From Curvularia clavata (taxonomy: Eukaryota): DNA of 64,000 nucleotides. The notes beneath the pieces are model-generated. The model was not told where the DNA came from and did no database searches. It saw nothing but the letters and a program-made list of their open reading frames with translations. Made by a program: the position numbers and the translations under genes. Positions 61,547 through 64,000 of the stretch are shown piece after piece; positions within the stretch are counted from its first letter, which is position 1; each line of letters opens with the position of its first letter. Location: the NCBI GenBank assembly GCA_023920165.1, contig CP089275.1, forward strand, positions 5,208,001-5,272,000, written 5' to 3'.

Positions 61547-64000
61547 CTAACTTTTCCCCATCGAATCCCTCCACCTTCCATCACTCACACAGACAAAATT
61601 AACATTGCGGCCTCTATTCCTCACACTCTGCACTCCGCCCGCTTCAAGCCACCGACCCAGATTTTTGCACTGACTGACATCGAAGCGTTCGAGGTCGCGG
61701 CAGCCCTCTACGACAGCCTCGACGCCCGTGCCGGTAACACGCACACAGCCGCGCACAGACAAGTTGCGGAGCTCGAGGAGGTGCAGCGAGATGCAGCGAA
61801 GAGAGGTGTCTGAGACGGCGGAGCCGCAAAAGGCAAGGTTGAGGTGTGTCAGGGAAGGAAGGCCGAGGGCAAGGACTTCGGTAGCTGTGTCGGAGAGGGC
61901 GCAGCAAAAAGACTGTTGTGACGTTAGTTGATTTTATTTTTGTTGGCCGGTGAAACCCTGTGTGTATGTAGACTTGATGATTTTTTTGAGGGTGTGTTGA
62001 TCGGAAAAGGAAAGGAGAGAGAAAAAGAGAGCTAAGGGTTCAAACTTACCAGGTCTAGTTGCTTTAGCCCCTTGGCTGCATTGGTGAGATACACAATCGC
62101 ATTGTCGGTCAGATATGTGCAGTCGGCGAGACACAGCTTGGTGAGCCTGGGGAAAGGGTAAACGCTCCAGTGTTGGAAGCCTACGTCTGTGATGGTGGTG
62201 CAACGCGTGAGGTCGATACTTTCGATGCGGTTGGCTGCATGAACGGCAATGTGTGCCATGCTCCGATCGGTGATGTGCTTGCAGTAACTCAACGTTAACC
62301 GTCTGAGCTTTGGGCAGCCTACCACTGTGCCGGGTGGTAGTGGCTGAGGTGGTTGACTGTTGGCGCCTTTTCCTTGCCGGCGTCCGTTCATTTGAGCCTG
62401 CTGTTGGGCGTGGGCCATGGCCATTTGAGGAGGCATGTCGGGTACTATCCAGCCTATTACTCGGGCAAGGAGGTTGTCTCCCACCTTTCTGCAGTTGCTG
62501 AGGTCCACCTCTTCCAGGCCCTTGGCTTTCTGTACCATCTCCAGCACAGCAGGTCCGGTGATATCCCAAACACTCTTCATACGCCATATTCTGACACCTG
62601 GGGCACAGGTCTTTGCTAACTCGCCAAAGCCCTCATCTGTGACATGAAAGCAGTTACTGATGTTGACGGATCGTGGCCGGCTGCCTACAAACGGACATAT
62701 TATGTCGACAAGTGCCCTATCTGTGACTTTGCGGTTATATTTGGTAAGATCGAGATCATGAAGAATGTCGGGAGATTCTGATATGATTTTGCTCCAATGC
62801 GAAGAAATGATGCGAAGTTTCATCAGCTCGTGAATGTCTAGATTTGACAAGATTTTGACCAATATGGAATCTGGTAATCTGCCTCTTGTGAATATGCTTG
62901 GTTTCGTGATGAGGCGCGGGCGCTTGAAGTCGAATGGAACTTCTGGAGGAGTGGATGTATGTTTTGCTATAGTAAAAGACGGTGACGGCGAGAGCGGCGA
63001 TCCGTTGGGTGACGGAGTTCTTGGAAACTCAGTTTTGCTCGGACTCGTGGGTGCTTCTGGCACTGATCCAGGTGGTGGTGGGGCCAGTGATCCTCTGCGC
63101 GATCGTGATCTGACGTTGTCCAGGTCAACGTTTAGGAAAGGATCGGGATCAAATGGTTCCATCATCTTCTCGTCTCTCCGGATAGGAGCCACAGGGGTGT
63201 CGACAGCCATTGTTCCGTTGAAAGTAACGGTTGGCACACTCTTTTTTCTTCGTGGCGTTCTGGGTACTGTGGGGTCTGCTATGGCCAAGTCGTTGATGTT
63301 TGGTGTGCTATGCGCATCTGGCATGAGCACATCCTCGTCTTTGGCAGTCTGTAAGCGCTCTTTGGCGACAGACTCGACCTGCCGCCGTACGTCGGGAGTG
63401 CACTTTTCCCACAACTGGTTCAGGGTATCCCCGGTAATCATCAAGCATTCGACAGCGGATATGGAACGGACCGTGGCCGTGCGGCGCGGCGCGAGTGAGA
63501 GGCTGACAACCTCACCAAAGTACTGGCCAGCTTTCAACCGCGCCTTGACTTCTTGGAAGTTGTGCTCGCCCGCAGCAATTGACTTTCTTCGTCCCATTGT
63601 GGGCGAGGTGTAGCCGTTCGGTTCGGGCGCATTGGTGCTAATGACCTCGACTTCGCCTTTGACGATGAAAAAAACATCCCGACCTTGGGTACCCTGTTTT
63701 ATTATGTCTGTGAAAGGATCGAATGAGCATGGTTGGGCTCGCATGCCAATGAAGTGTAGAATGTCATCTGGCAGCTCGGAGAAGAGGGGCAGCTCTTTGA
63801 GTAGAGGCCTGACATGGAGGCTGTCACTTCCAAAAGCGCTATGGGCAATGGCTTCTGCAAGACCTGGGCTAGGTGATTTTCGCTTCTTGAAGGCATTGAC
63901 TTCGCCATCACGCAAAACACCGCTCTCTGCCATGACCACGTCGCCGTCTTCACGATCACGCTTGCCCGTTATTTGGCGCATGGGCGTTGGGCGCTTGGCA
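61547..64000 (-). CDS. Cyclic-nucleotide-binding / F-box / leucine-rich-repeat protein (5' end outside window)
   Basis: cNMP motif FFIVKGEVEV..GQYFGEV..RRTATV; F-box LPDSILVKILSNL; Cys-containing LRRs; intron ~61921-62049; stop 61547. Confidence 0.9.

Noticed and set aside
62834..63613. 259-aa plus-strand ORF and similar long antisense ORFs over ALDH, ACAD and the BVMOs
   Set aside because: Shadow ORFs opposite well-supported genes, explained by codon bias.

Overview
Eukaryotic DNA from a filamentous ascomycete (GT-AG introns with CTAAC branch points, Zn2Cys6 regulator, fungal NLRs; Dothideomycete/Pleosporales is a guess from gene content). About 27 genes. The main feature is a ~31-kb cluster (5.6-36.5 kb) with no PKS, NRPS or terpene synthase: a Zn2Cys6 regulator, two Baeyer-Villiger monooxygenases, a PRISE-type reductase, three SDRs, a Zn alcohol dehydrogenase, an aldehyde dehydrogenase, an HSL-family esterase, a 4CL-like acyl-CoA ligase and an ACAD10/11-like dehydrogenase. 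Three members end in PTS1-like tripeptides, and several promoters share a CGA(G/T)TCAT motif. This set parallels bacterial cyclic alcohol/ketone ring-opening catabolism feeding peroxisomal beta-oxidation (inference). Two unrelated genes interrupt it: a NACHT-ankyrin NLR with a premature stop and RIP-like repeat variation, and a gene carrying an isolated Helitron/Pif1 2B-like domain. Also present: a fungal nicotianamine synthase, a degenerate GIY-YIG-like pseudogene, a secreted intradiol dioxygenase-like gene, GHITM-like, JEN1-like, a HeLo-NACHT NLR, two tandem paralogues of unknown function and a cNMP/F-box/LRR gene. All calls come from reading motifs by eye; no database searches were run, and exon boundaries are approximate.
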